Assembly: GCF_009914755.1 (NCBI RefSeq)
Contig: NC_060939.1
DNA from: the human T2T-CHM13v2.0 reference genome, Homo sapiens
Length of the DNA: 64,000 nt
Reading direction: 5' to 3' (one strand)
The notes under the pieces were generated by a model that saw nothing but the letters and a program-made list of their open reading frames with translations, was not told the origin of the DNA and did not search any database. The number at the start of each line of letters is the position of its first letter. The stretch's first letter is position 1. The translations under genes were made by a program, and so were the position numbers. Positions 1 to 21,100 of this stretch are shown in pieces.

Positions 1-481
1 TATTTAGGATGCGACCAGTTTTTCATGATAATAAAGACTAATAGGAATAGCAGTAGACATAAGATGTTTTTGGCATCTTTTTTTTCTTGTAATACGTTCT
101 ACATATTGAAACTAATAATTGTATTTTGCTACATATTGCCACGTTTTTCTCAAGGAAAATTATAGCTAACAGAAAGTGTCAGCTTTCTCTGTGTGTTAAG
201 GGTGTGGGTGGAAGCTCGGCAGTGACGCTGAGACATATTGGTATGGAACATCATTGGACTCTCTAGAGATCAAGGTAGCAGTCCTGTAGAAATGTTAGCC
301 CGAGCTGTGTGTCACCTGGGAGTACTCCAAGGACGGCCAAAAGAAATATTTTAGTTAGAAGACAATTTATAAGAAAAGTTTAGAGGCTTCCTAGAGAGGT
401 CATAGCATACACAATTTTATTTCATCCTTTAGGGCAAGCCGTATATATATGTTCTGCGCACATCTCCTCCTGCACCCTCCT

Positions 482-516
<35 letters not shown>

Positions 517-3253
517 GAGATCTGATGTAAATAGATAGCTGTGAATTATAGCTTGGTCCTTAAGGAATATCTCAGAAACTTCAATGTTCCTTCACCCCCT
601 CCGCAAACCCTTCTGAATTGAGAATGGGAACCTTGGCAACAGAGGGGAGTCATGCACCTCCCTTTTCCATCTGTGACTCTGGCATCTTCCTCCAGGTCAG
701 CCATGGTGCAAACTCTCACAGTTACTTTCTGGCAGTTTCCTGCATTCCAAACCTGTTTCTGAAATGGGCAATATTTGTCCCCTTGAAAATCACCTGTGAT
801 AAATGTGGTATAGCCCACGGCCAGTGAAAATTTTCCTACAGGGAGACATATTCCTAAGTGTTAACATTAACTTTTTCAGATGTTTGAGTCAGACTCAATT
901 GCCCTTTCATATTATAGATTGAAAACAACACTTGGTTGATGTTAGTATATCTGATTGAGGAAATATGAGAGCCTTTTTAATTTAGATTTGCTCGCCTAGA
1001 AAACTCACTTTGAAACTTCTTGGTCATGTTATGTTTGCTTATGGCAAAGTTATCAGCAAAAAAGTCACTGTTATGCAGCAATTTATCTTTAAACACTAAA
1101 TGACATCTATCATTTTTCAAAGAAAATAGTGTCAGCAGTTAAAATCCTAACTGCTTGAGCACTGTTAGTTGACAATTATAATGCCCCATTGCTTAGAAAT
1201 TAATTGACCTACTTTCAATAAGAAACATAAAAAGTAATATCACAGCAATTTTCTGGATCTATTTTATTCCAAAACCAATAAATGTTACAGTGTTGTTAAA
1301 AGTAATAGATTTAAAAACATTTTATTTTCTTAAACTTAACAATTCAAATAACATAAAATAATATTACGTTTCTATTAAGTATTCATTTTTATACAGACCA
1401 AAAGTTCTTTAGAAAATGTCTTCATGTATAATATAAATTTGATTTTTAGATGTGAGAAAAGCAACAATCATAATCGTTGCCTAAATCCACAAAATAAGTA
1501 GATATTCTATAATATGTATTTCAGTAATCACAATGTATTGGATTCAGGCAGAGATGAGAGACACTCTGATTTTAGCAGAAAAAGACTGTGTTAAATTACC
1601 TCTTTGCCTTTTCTCACTCTGTTCCTAGGATAGCAATATAATAAATAGTAACTTTAGAACTGGGATACACTGAGAAAATGTCCTAATTTAAATCTCAATA
1701 GATGATTACACAGGTAGTGTTTACACACACACACACACACACAATGACAGGAGTTTTTAAAGATATTAGTATCTCGGAATTTTTGAATTCTGAAAACTGT
1801 CCAAGCTTTTATCATTAAATCACTTGTTATGAAACCCATTTTAGAAACACGCTTTCCTATTTTTAATAGCCTATGATAGTCATACAGAATGAGTTAATCA
1901 AAATTGATTGGTCAATTGCTAATTGCAAATTCTTTGACCGTAGCATGTCAGCTGATTCTATGAACTTCTACAGACTCTTTCCCTTGGTCCGGGAGTTGCC
2001 ACAACACTCTGACTCCTTTCCCCACAACTCCATTACATGATATTGTCACCTCCCCAGGCTTACGATACTAATATTCCAGAGAGATGAACAGTCCTTGATT
2101 TTGAATAGCAATGCAGTAGTGACCAAAACAGATTTAGTTTTGGTTCAGAAGAAAGTGCTGGATATGCCCTCAGTAACTTTCCATGGTCATCTAATTCAGC
2201 AATTAGTTTGAGTAAATTCAATGGAAGGCTGCTTTCTGGAATGGGTAGTGTAATGTACTGACTTCCCTATTAGACATTTCATTTAAAAAAATCAATTGTC
2301 CGCATAAAACAACCATTTCAATCAGTGTACATTCAACTGGAAAGGAAAGTTAGAGGACTTTTTTTGAAAGTAATGGGATTGGGGTTGGCCGTTGCTAATT
2401 TCTTTTTGATTAAAGCGTATGTAATTGTTTTGTGTTGGATAAAAATTTGACTTTTTATTTGCGCGGATGCTGCTGATCTTATATGTTATCATTTCCCATT
2501 CAGACTTGAGCTGTTTACCTGCCGGGTTTTCTGTTCATAAAATGTTGAAAGGACGTTAAAATGTAGAACTTTTACATTTTTTATTTAGGTGACTAGGACA
2601 AATTCTGGTAATTTGTAGGCTACAACTTAAATGTATTTCTGCTTAAAATATTTTGAAATATGGTTTATTTCACAAATGAGGTTCCAAACTATAACCAGCT
2701 CTCACTAAATTCTTATTTATTTATTTATTTATTTATTTATTTTGAGACGGAGTCTTTCTCTGTCACCCAGGCTGGAGGGCAGTGGCCGGATCTCGGCTCA
2801 CCGCAAGCTCCGCCTCCCGGGTTCACGCCATCCTCCTGCCCCAGCCTCCTGAGTAGCTGGGACTACAGGCGCCCGCCACCACGCCCAGCTCATTTTTTGT
2901 ATTTTTAGTAGAGATGGGGTTTCCCCGTGTTAGCCAGGATGGTCTGGATCTCCTGACCTCGTGATCCGCCCGCCTCGGCCTCCCAAAGTGCTGGGATTAC
3001 AGGCGTGAGCCACCGCGCCCAGCCAAAAGATCATTTTTAAATTATGTATCTGGGAATATATTATCAAACCAGGCCTGAAACTTATTAAAAAGATGGTAAA
3101 ATCTAATTTAACTTCATTTAATACTCCTTTTCTCTTAGTCTTATAAAAGCAAATGAGCTTGTTGGCTTTTAATTATGAAAATATAATTTTAATTTATAAG
3201 ACATATGTAACAAAGCAAGATAGCTGCTAAATTCACTCTATCCTAGTAACTTC
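1..3253 (+). repeat. Left arm (inner part) of a large inverted repeat/palindrome; continues beyond window start
   Basis: Reverse complement of 15841-19091. Three ORF pairs (546-818/18276-18548, 1654-1839/17255-17440, 2660-2908/16186-16434) have identical translations and coordinate sum 19094. Differences seen on spot-check: A31 vs T29 tract and SNVs at 3171/15923 and 3246/15848. Confidence 0.97.
2713..3024 (-). mobile_element. AluY with (TTTA)n tail
   Basis: Full-length antisense Alu with AluY-type motifs; mirrored at 16070-16382. Confidence 0.93.
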
Positions 3254-3710
3254 CTATTGCATACATTCATTTTTAATGTAATAAGAAAATCCTTTCAAAA
3301 TGCTTAAAAGAATCACATTACCCAAGAAGAGGCTCAACATTTCTAGAAAATAAATATGTTCTTAAGACACTTAATAATTCTTGAAATGAAGACCTAATTC
3401 TTCAGGGCTTTAAAATATTTGATGTGCACTCTTTACATATATAGAGAGTTTAAATTTAATAATTTCCCTTCTTAAAAAAGAAGTGAAACATACCACAAAC
3501 ATATCAAAGCAAGTTATTCATACTTCTCATTTAAGTAACTGTATTGTCATAGCAAAATTATTTTATATCATCAAACAGCACAAAAGCCTTATTAGAATAC
3601 TAATTTCAATGTCTGTTTCACAGATTTGCTCAGAATAGATTTTTTCATGCTTCTGCACTAATTCATTGAAGGACAATGTTTTACCGATTCCTGAAAAAAT
3701 ATCATTATCT

Positions 3711-4020
<310 letters not shown>

Positions 4021-5033
4021 AAAATAGAAAATAAAAATATCATTAACTGACATTTTAAAAAGTATATTTCCCAATGGATAAATATACTTTGTGGATTAAC
4101 AAGAGAAAAATTTCAAGATACTGTAAATTTAAAACAAATCTTTATGTATAATACCATCGTAATGTCTTTGACCAGGAGCAATCTATCATGTGAGATAAAA
4201 AATATTAAATATGCATTTATTGAATAAATGAATGAAAATCATGATTACCTTGATCACTATATTTAAAATTTAAATGAAGCAGGAAAGTAAATCTTCCTAA
4301 TTATCATATACTTAACATAACTGTTTAAAATCACTCTAATAACAAGTAATATGTTAATTTTGAATTATAATTTTAAAATGCCTGTATTGTTTCATTCACT
4401 CATCCTTCCATTAGTTCAGTGAACAAATATTGATTACTTACCCACTATGTGCCAGGTATCATCATAGATTCAGGGAGTACAAAAATGGTTAAACGAAGGG
4501 ATCAGCTGGAGTGACCGTTTTCTAGAAACAATGCCTATTTCAGTTATGAACTAGTCTGTTTTGAAGAAAGTGGTGAGGGAAAGCTGAAAATCCTATTTTC
4601 ACTTTATTCAACAAATCTTATTGAGGTCTTATTATGAATCAGGGGCTCTCCTAGGTATGGGCATACAAAATTGATTAAGACTGTGCTTGCTTGCAGAAAA
4701 CAAACAAAAAAGCATCTCTATAATAAAAAGGAAAAAGAGGAAATTCCCTTTGTAGGTTTCATAGTTTATAGTGATACTGCTGATGTTGTCTCAGAGAATT
4801 AGTCACAATTATAGGAACTCAGAAGGCATTCCGTTGAGATGAAATAGAGACTAAAGTAGCAGAGATTACTTAGTGAAATAACAATTCGAACATAGTTATA
4901 ATTCATTTTAGAAGATATTATGGCTCACACATAGTAGATGTGATGACTGAATAACAGGAATGTGGAACGATGGCACCTTGGTAGCCATTACCCATTGCCA
5001 ACATGATTCTGCATTAAAAAATCTGTGCAAAAC

Positions 5034-8540
<3,507 letters not shown>

Positions 8541-8544
8541 TTCC

Positions 8545-8895
8545 TTGTTCATGCACCGCTGGTCAGACGCAATTCAGCTGATGTAGGCTGGGCTTGGCTA
8601 GCATTGGCTTGAAGCTGCAGCTGGTGTCCAGATCTGTTCCATGTATTTGTGATCCTCCTCAGCCCTCCCGGGTACTTGAAGCATGTTATTGTTGTGGCCA
8701 AAGTCAGGAGTGCAACCTGCCTGTGCAAAAACATGCCAGGCTTCTGTTGCCTTAAATCCTCTAAGATACCCCTTTGGCTTAAGCAGAGTCACACAGCAAG
8801 GATCAAAGTCAAGGAGTGGGGAATTATATCTGTCCCTTAGAGATGGAGATAGGAGAGAGTGTGAACAAATGCAGGAAAATGATCTCATCTACCAG
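8545..8895. mobile_element. MLT1-type (ERVL-MaLR) LTR fragment at the ABHD17A 5' junction
   Basis: Resembles MLT1 motif (ttggcttaagcagagtcacacagcaaggatcaaagtcaaggagtgggg); subfamily uncertain. Confidence 0.5.
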
Positions 8896-11800
8896 AGTGT
8901 CCTTAAAGATTTTAACATAATAAATTCAGTATTGTTTTTGTTTGTTTGAATGAAGCTTTGCATGGACACAGTACAGTACAAAAGTACTATTTGAACTCTT
9001 TCTCCACATTCATAAAATTGCTACATAGTTTCTACCATGATTATATTTTTATGATCCATTTTTGTGTACAGATCTGAAAACTTTATACTAGAATTTATTA
9101 GCTGAGGAAAGGAACATGCACTGACATCATCATACACAAATATTTCTCAACATTTTAATGCTTGTGGTATTGTTAATGTTTCTGTGGAAAATTACTTAAA
9201 ATCATAGAAGTGATTTCTAAGTCAGTTATTGATTTATTCTGATGAATTATAAAAATCAGACTAAATTAGTAATAGAGAAATTACACTTGAAATACTAGTC
9301 TGAGCTACAAATGAGATGGATTTTTGTGCTCATCATTTGTACTCTAGTTATGTTTGTTGAGATTGGGTTATGAAAACATCATTATAACATTATCAGCAGA
9401 AAAGCCTGTTGTGCTATAATTAAATCATCTAAACAATCATTTTTGTGGTCTTAATATCCTGGATTTCTCAATTGATTGTAGTAGATAAGAGTTCTCTTTA
9501 AATACTACTTATTATCGGTAGCTTGCTTTTCTGTGAAATCTAGAAAATTTAGAATTCTGCATTAACATTTAATAAAATACCTGCTATCCTAATATTGATG
9601 CATTATATTTATCTATACAACATGCAACAGGAGAGAAATATCAGATGAATTAGAATATTTGCAGCCTATGGCAATTATCTGTAGCCACATTTTTTTTTGT
9701 CTTCAGAAAAATGTAGATGATTTTGGAAATGGATTAGTTCTAGTCTCAATCTAGGAAGAATTACTTATGGAAGTTTTGTGTACAGGATACTGATGTTTTC
9801 AAATATAACGCATTATTATTTTAGTTTAGTTTCTTTTGCCACATACTTAGAAATTGTTCAAGTGAACAGGCTATTAAAACGAATGGTATAGATAAATGGT
9901 ATAGATAGGCATTGTAAACATCCCACTTTTCCCAAGCCATGAATTTTAACACTGGATTAAGGAGATGAAAATGGAGCCATTGGGAATGTGGATTCTTTGC
10001 TAATAATTATTTTTCTTCTTTAAAAAGATTCTTCAAAAGGCAAGAACATGGAAGTATTTCAGGAGATATTCTTGAGGTATCTAAAATACATACTCTTCCT
10101 ATCAAAATCAATAAATAGATGGATGTAAGTAAGATAAAGTCAGGGCAACTGATTTTGCATGTGAGTGTACACACAGACACATATCCAGGTTTTCTCCATC
10201 TGTTCTCAGTTGCTGAATTATTAGACTCAGCTGACCGCTTGACTGTGTTTAATCTGATAAACAGACTCTTAACAAGAAGAACAATGTTTTAAAAACTGGA
10301 CTGTTCCTCCTACTTCTCAGCATGCATCAGCCACTCTCTTTCCCCATCCTATCTCCTGCCAAATTGGTCTCTACTTATCTGTTCCACTTGGAGACACTAT
10401 TTGATGTTGTTGTAAATGACATAAATGAATATTCACTCTACCTGCTTTCATATTAATTCAGTTTTCATAGGATGGTCTCTGTGGGATCAAGCAAAAGGAC
10501 TTAGTGGAATATCTCTTATGACTCCATAAAGTAAAGAATGTGGTGAGTTTAGCAGAGTGCACCTTCCTTTACTAAATGTGAATGATGTGTCAGTATAGGG
10601 GGCCAGAGTGAAAAGTCCTAACATATGCTTGTTTGGGCAGCCAACAATTGGTCACATTGCACATTTCATGTTACAAAGGAGCCTCATGGTAGTATAAATG
10701 AGGGTCAGGAAAAGACACTTAACTGTGCTCTGGGCTTTAAAATGGAGCCAGGGCAAGAATTCTGGAATTTGACAATGTCAGGAAGGAAACCTCTGTAAGC
10801 AGGCACGCAGGGGACTCCAGAAATCTCTTCTTTGCCACTACAACTCTGGACTTTCAGAAATACACACCCCATTCTCCTGTATTAATACACACTTCATGTT
10901 CACAACATCAAAAACCAATTTTAAAATAGTAAACCTAAGGTAGATGGAAAGGCATTATAGCCTCAGCATGCCCGAGATGTGAGGAGCAAATCAGAAAGAT
11001 GTGAGTGTGACGAGAAAGGGACATCGTGCTAACCAATCATTTAAAATTTTTACTCCAAAGAAATGGCAATATTTCACAGGTTTTTTCTCATCACCAATCT
11101 CACAAATATACATGTTTTTTGAAAATTTTCCTCTCAATTCTTCTCCTTGACAGTGAAGTCCAGAAGAGGTTGGTTTAGATCTAACTCTTTTCAGCCTCAA
11201 TACTCCATAATCACTTTGGCTTTTTTGATTATGACTGGACGGCATGTACTATTATTTTAATATTAAATATTTAGGAAATAATTTTAAATGTTATCCTTAA
11301 ATAACTATGGGCTTTATTCATTTACTGTATGTATTTCTCAAACATTCATAAGAACTTAAGGATTTTAATTCAAATGGTCCCTAAAGTAGAAAATGCACTC
11401 ACAGATTCTGCATATGTCTTTTAAGAAACAGAAACGTGCCATTTGTTATTAAATTGAGTAGACTTTGTATCCTTTAGAATTTGGGCAGAGTTTTCTTGCT
11501 ATATTGTAGAGAACCTATCAACCATATCTTAATTTTCTTCTTTTTGAGGTCTTCAAAATTAACATTGGCATTGGTCCACTAATTCCTTGTTTTCTATTTT
11601 TGGATGAGTGTGCATAGATTACCTCCATCTTAATTTTCAACATAAACTTTTAGCAGACTCTTTCACCTTTCATTGCCATGTAAGCAGATGTGATTTTTAT
11701 TCTTTTTTCCTTTTCATTGAACAGTTACTTCATTTGAAATTTTTCACTTGATTTAATTTAACTTTATTTTTTGGTGGTAGATACATCTGTTGCCACCTGT

Positions 11801-13944
11801 GTCTGGTTGGCATTTTAATGTGTTGCCTCGAAGCTGTAACCACAATAGTGGCACATTTTCCTGCTGTTCCTTTATTCTTTGTTCCATGTGTATCTATTTT
11901 CAATAAATTGCATTGGTATATTATCATAGATTTTCTTTTTGTCTCTCAGATTTTCTGTTGTAATTATTTTTATTTATGCCTTTGGAAATATTTTATGATT
12001 GTTACATAAAACAGCAGAGCTCTTTCAGAAAGTTTTCATGGTTTTCCAAATGTACATTCATATAGATTATTTAGTAGTTATTACACAATGATCTTTGGAG
12101 CAATAAATGCTGTTACGTAAGAACAATTCCCAAATGTAATTTGAGTTATAAGCTAGCCTTTGATGGCCTAGAATTGATGTACCTTTATAATTCTAATCTG
12201 CATGCAAATTTAAGAAGACCAAGGATTGAGGATTGGGTGCATAATTTTCAGGGCCCAGTAAAAAGTGAAAATGTAGAACCCTTTGATAAAAACTTACAAA
12301 GAATTTCAAGATGACCATAATAGGCCATGCACAAGGCCTTTGTAGATGGGTAGAGTGACCATGAAGCCATGGGCATTGTTTGGTTTTGTTTAATCTTACT
12401 GTTTGGTTGTAAAGCAGATTTTTAAATCAAGAGAAAAAAGAACACCAAAGAAGATCTCTGTCAAAATGTTTGAAGCATTATAGAAGATTAGATCCATATA
12501 AATGAAAGGGATAAAGAAAAAGCACATATCCAACCTCAAATATAAAGCATGGAATTCTCATATGAACTCCATTATAGCACTTGATATTTCAGCTCTATTT
12601 TCATTTTTGAACAACTCTAGATATATCTATATATTTTAGTCTAAAATTTAATTTTTATAAATTGTAAGTACTTCCCCAAATTCTACCTTAGATAAACAAT
12701 TCAGAGATAACTCTGTTTCCTATTCTATTAGGTGGAACCATATGAAATTGTCAGTATTCAGCCTTTTTTGTCCTACAAAAAAATGACAGTTTTGTGTTTC
12801 CACCTAACACATGGCAGCCCAATAAATATGTGAAGGTCAGGACCACAGAGCTACCACACTAAACAATACTAAATGCATACACATACCCTTTCCAAAACCC
12901 GGCAGGTCTTCTTTTCCCCAAGTGAAACATTCTTTGACTCTTCACCCATTATTCATGTGAGAAATTTTCCAGGCACTTCAACATGTCAGCTGAGTGACTG
13001 TAACAATTAGGTTTATTAATTCTCCTCTCACAATTTGACATTCTTTATTGAAAAGCATGATTTAAATGTTGACTAATAGTCTGCATAGTGAAACATTTTT
13101 ACTAGTTCCAATGACCTAAAACAGTGTAAACCATGATTCAGAAATTTATTTTCTTAAAAACTTCTAAACAAAATGTCTGCTAGGATAAACCGGTGCAATT
13201 TCTATGTGAAACCTAAGAATTTCAATGACACATTTTCATCCTTATTGCCATCAAATAATCCCTTTAATAGTGCCCCATCTTTCTTACTCCTTCATATGAT
13301 TTTCTATATTATTATTTTCCATCACTCATTCTGTTAAAACTATAATAGTTTCTTCAGAGAAATGACAGATTTTCCCACTTCAGAGGCATTTCTGCATTGA
13401 GCTCTCATAAACCTCTCTAACATGGTGGGCAATAGACTCAATAACATTTGTGTATAAACTCAGTTGTGAATTACAAAAGGCTCATCTATAACGTCAAAAA
13501 GCAACTCGGTAAAAACAATTCTATTGAAGATAGTATGATCTAAATATATAATTTTAGGATGGCTTCAACTGAGACAAAAATAGCATCGATACAGTGTGGA
13601 GCAATGAATTTCTAAAATTTTTATCTGCTTAACATTTTTCATCAGCACAATTTATACAGAAGCCCAACATGAGACATTCTTGTTCACATGGAATTTCTCT
13701 GCCCGCTGGAGCCCTGTAGAAATCCCACTGTGTTGGTAAACAGCAGTAGCAACAAGAAGATACTAAACTGGAATTCTCAGTGGCTCAACCAAACCAAAGT
13801 TTGTTGGTTGCTCCCATAAAGTTCAATGTCAGTCAGAATAAACTCCTCTAGCCTTAACCTATGACACACATGGCACATAACCTTCCAAGTACTGGCAGTG
13901 GAAAAGGAGAGAACTTGGGAATGAGGCAGGGGCTTCATGGTGAA

Positions 13945-14142
13945 CATGGTGAAACCTCATCTTTACCAAAAATACAAAAATTAGGTGGGTGTGGTGGAGT
14001 GTGCCTGTAGTCCCAGCTACTCAGGAGGCTGAGGTAGAAGGATCGCTTGGGCCTGGGAGGTCAAGGCTGCAGTGAACCAAGGTGGTGCCACTGCACTCCA
14101 GCCTGGGTAACAGAGTGAGATCCTGTCTCAAAAAAAAAAAAA
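13945..14142 (+). mobile_element. 5'-truncated AluJ-type
   Basis: Starts mid left monomer (catggtgaaacctcatc) and ends in poly(A). Confidence 0.85.
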
Positions 14143-14207
14143 ATTGTGAAGGTGAAATTTAAATACCTTTGTGCATAGCTATCAGTTATTCTTTGTTTTA
14201 ATATTTA

Positions 14208-14878
<671 letters not shown>

Positions 14879-15035
14879 ACAGTGTAACATGTTATTATGA
14901 AGTCACTGCTCAGGGACCAACTTGGCCGCTCCTGTGCCTCTAGAGGGAAGCTCCTTCCCACTGTTCTTTAGAGTTTTATATGTTAAGTACAGGAGTCAAC
15001 AAACTAGGCCTATGCACCACATCTGGCACCCAGCC

Positions 15036-15336
15036 TTTATTTATTTTTTGAGATGGCGTCTCACTCTGTCATCCTGGCTGCAGTGTGGTAGCACAATCTC
15101 GGCTCACTGCAACCTCCGCCTCCCAGATTCAGGCAATTCTCCTGCCTCAGCCTCCTGAGTAGCTGGGATTACAGGTGTGTGCCACCACACCCGGCTAATT
15201 TTTATATTTTTGGTAGAGACGGGGTTTCAACATGTTGGTCAGTCTGGTCTCGAACTCCTGACGTCAGGTGATCCGCCTGCGTTGCCCTCTCAAAGTGCTG
15301 GGATTACAGGCATGAGGCATGATGCCTGACCCAGCC
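15036..15336 (-). mobile_element. AluS
   Basis: Antisense full-length Alu, head-to-head with the next Alu, 20 bp apart. Confidence 0.9.
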
Positions 15337-15356
15337 TTTTCTAAAATGAAGGTTTC

Positions 15357-15840
<484 letters not shown>

Positions 15841-18577
15841 GAAGTTATTAGGATAGAGTGAATTTAGCAGCTATCTTGCTTTGTTACATATGTCTTATAA
15901 ATTAAAATTATATTTTCATAATGAAAAGCCAACAAGCTCATTTGCTTTTATAAGACTAAGAGAAAAGGAGTATTAAATGAAGTTAAATTAGATTTTACCA
16001 TCTTTTTAATAAGTTTCAGGCCTGGTTTGATAATATATTCCCAGATACATAATTTAAAAATGATCTTTTGGCTGGGCGCGGTGGCTCACGCCTGTAATCC
16101 CAGCACTTTGGGAGGCCGAGGCGGGCGGATCACGAGGTCAGGAGATCCAGACCATCCTGGCTAACACGGGGAAACCCCATCTCTACTAAAAATACAAAAA
16201 ATGAGCTGGGCGTGGTGGCGGGCGCCTGTAGTCCCAGCTACTCAGGAGGCTGGGGCAGGAGGATGGCGTGAACCCGGGAGGCGGAGCTTGCGGTGAGCCG
16301 AGATCCGGCCACTGCCCTCCAGCCTGGGTGACAGAGAAAGACTCCGTCTCAAAATAAATAAATAAATAAATAAATAAATAAGAATTTAGTGAGAGCTGGT
16401 TATAGTTTGGAACCTCATTTGTGAAATAAACCATATTTCAAAATATTTTAAGCAGAAATACATTTAAGTTGTAGCCTACAAATTACCAGAATTTGTCCTA
16501 GTCACCTAAATAAAAAATGTAAAAGTTCTACATTTTAACGTCCTTTCAACATTTTATGAACAGAAAACCCGGCAGGTAAACAGCTCAAGTCTGAATGGGA
16601 AATGATAACATATAAGATCAGCAGCATCCGCGCAAATAAAAAGTCAAATTTTTATCCAACACAAAACAATTACATACGCTTTAATCAAAAAGAAATTAGC
16701 AACGGCCAACCCCAATCCCATTACTTTCAAAAAAAGTCCTCTAACTTTCCTTTCCAGTTGAATGTACACTGATTGAAATGGTTGTTTTATGCGGACAATT
16801 GATTTTTTTAAATGAAATGTCTAATAGGGAAGTCAGTACATTACACTACCCATTCCAGAAAGCAGCCTTCCATTGAATTTACTCAAACTAATTGCTGAAT
16901 TAGATGACCATGGAAAGTTACTGAGGGCATATCCAGCACTTTCTTCTGAACCAAAACTAAATCTGTTTTGGTCACTACTGCATTGCTATTCAAAATCAAG
17001 GACTGTTCATCTCTCTGGAATATTAGTATCGTAAGCCTGGGGAGGTGACAATATCATGTAATGGAGTTGTGGGGAAAGGAGTCAGAGTGTTGTGGCAACT
17101 CCCGGACCAAGGGAAAGAGTCTGTAGAAGTTCATAGAATCAGCTGACATGCTACGGTCAAAGAATTTGCAATTAGCAATTGACCAATCAATTTTGATTAA
17201 CTCATTCTGTATGACTATCATAGGCTATTAAAAATAGGAAAGCGTGTTTCTAAAATGGGTTTCATAACAAGTGATTTAATGATAAAAGCTTGGACAGTTT
17301 TCAGAATTCAAAAATTCCGAGATACTAATATCTTTAAAAACTCCTGTCATTGTGTGTGTGTGTGTGTGTGTAAACACTACCTGTGTAATCATCTATTGAG
17401 ATTTAAATTAGGACATTTTCTCAGTGTATCCCAGTTCTAAAGTTACTATTTATTATATTGCTATCCTAGGAACAGAGTGAGAAAAGGCAAAGAGGTAATT
17501 TAACACAGTCTTTTTCTGCTAAAATCAGAGTGTCTCTCATCTCTGCCTGAATCCAATACATTGTGATTACTGAAATACATATTATAGAATATCTACTTAT
17601 TTTGTGGATTTAGGCAACGATTATGATTGTTGCTTTTCTCACATCTAAAAATCAAATTTATATTATACATGAAGACATTTTCTAAAGAACTTTTGGTCTG
17701 TATAAAAATGAATACTTAATAGAAACGTAATATTATTTTATGTTATTTGAATTGTTAAGTTTAAGAAAATAAAATGTTTTTAAATCTATTACTTTTAACA
17801 ACACTGTAACATTTATTGGTTTTGGAATAAAATAGATCCAGAAAATTGCTGTGATATTACTTTTTATGTTTCTTATTGAAAGTAGGTCAATTAATTTCTA
17901 AGCAATGGGGCATTATAATTGTCAACTAACAGTGCTCAAGCAGTTAGGATTTTAACTGCTGACACTATTTTCTTTGAAAAATGATAGATGTCATTTAGTG
18001 TTTAAAGATAAATTGCTGCATAACAGTGACTTTTTTGCTGATAACTTTGCCATAAGCAAACATAACATGACCAAGAAGTTTCAAAGTGAGTTTTCTAGGC
18101 GAGCAAATCTAAATTAAAAAGGCTCTCATATTTCCTCAATCAGATATACTAACATCAACCAAGTGTTGTTTTCAATCTATAATATGAAAGGGCAATTGAG
18201 TCTGACTCAAACATCTGAAAAAGTTAATGTTAACACTTAGGAATATGTCTCCCTGTAGGAAAATTTTCACTGGCCGTGGGCTATACCACATTTATCACAG
18301 GTGATTTTCAAGGGGACAAATATTGCCCATTTCAGAAACAGGTTTGGAATGCAGGAAACTGCCAGAAAGTAACTGTGAGAGTTTGCACCATGGCTGACCT
18401 GGAGGAAGATGCCAGAGTCACAGATGGAAAAGGGAGGTGCATGACTCCCCTCTGTTGCCAAGGTTCCCATTCTCAATTCAGAAGGGTTTGCGGAGGGGGT
18501 GAAGGAACATTGAAGTTTCTGAGATATTCCTTAAGGACCAAGCTATAATTCACAGCTATCTATTTACATCAGATCTC

Positions 18578-18608
<31 letters not shown>

Positions 18609-19091
18609 TGAGGAGGGTGCAGGAGGAGATGTGCGCAGAACATATATATACGGCTTGCCCTAAAGGATGAAATAAAATTGTGTATGCTATGACCTCTCTA
18701 GGAAGCCTCTAAACTTTTCTTATAAATTGTCTTCTAACTAAAATATTTCTTTTGGCCGTCCTTGGAGTACTCCCAGGTGACACACAGCTCGGGCTAACAT
18801 TTCTACAGGACTGCTACCTTGATCTCTAGAGAGTCCAATGATGTTCCATACCAATATGTCTCAGCGTCACTGCCGAGCTTCCACCCACACCCTTAACACA
18901 CAGAGAAAGCTGACACTTTCTGTTAGCTATAATTTTCCTTGAGAAAAACGTGGCAATATGTAGCAAAATACAATTATTAGTTTCAATATGTAGAACGTAT
19001 TACAAGAAAAAAAAGATGCCAAAAACATCTTATGTCTACTGCTATTCCTATTAGTCTTTATTATCATGAAAAACTGGTCGCATCCTAAATA
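15841..19091 (-). repeat. Right arm of the inverted repeat (part verifiable in window; probably extends further right)
   Basis: Reverse complement of 1-3253; catcctaaata at 19081-19091 pairs with window positions 1-11. Confidence 0.97.
16070..16382 (+). mobile_element. AluY (mirror copy of 2713-3024)
   Basis: Full-length Alu with (TAAA)n tail. Confidence 0.93.
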
Positions 19092-19446
19092 TCCAACTTT
19101 CGGTGACTGGGTGAAGGAAAACTGTAATTTTTCCATATGATAGAATAGTATGCCAGCACTAACAACCAGATAGCAGACTATTTAATGTCATGGTAAAGTA
19201 TTTGTTTTGTGTGGTCAGGTGAGCAGTTCAGATCATAAAATCAAATGTACCCTATGATCTTATTTTTTGAAGTAAAGTACTGATGTATTTATATGTATAA
19301 TTAAGTATAGAGAAAAGCCTAGATGGCTTCTCTTATAAGTCTTTTCATTGTTTTATAAATGGTATCAATATTTATTTTTCACTTTTTCCATCAGATTTCC
19401 TAGAATAATAAAATTCAATTCCCTCTGATGAGCATTCATTATTCTT

Positions 19447-19543
19447 TTTTTTTTTTTTTTTTTTGAGACGGAGTCTCACTCTGTCTGCTAGAGCTAGAGT
19501 GCAGTGGCCTGATCTCAGCTCACTGCAGCCTCCGCCTCCTGGG
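19447..19543 (-). mobile_element. Short 5'-truncated Alu with TSD
   Basis: Poly(T) plus ~80 bp Alu 3' end, flanked by tcattattctt at 19436-19446 and 19544-19554. Confidence 0.85.
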
Positions 19544-19779
19544 TCATTATTCTTACAGTAAGAAAAAATGAATGTTACTAAGTATCTTCTCTGTCCTAGA
19601 TCAACTAGGTATATACAAGGTGCCAAATACATTTAATAAAATGTTTTATTCATTCATAGCTTTTTGCAGTACAATTTTTTTTGTATGATTCCCTTGTCCT
19701 ATCATCTCCACCAATAGTTTTGGTGTGAATTTATACTCTAAAGGAAAGGTGACAACCTTATACAATCTCAGGGCTTAAA

Positions 19780-21100
<1,321 letters not shown>

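Noticed and set aside
546-827. Identical short ORFs present twice (also 18267-18548)
   Set aside because: Identity is explained by the inverted duplication; no coding hallmarks.
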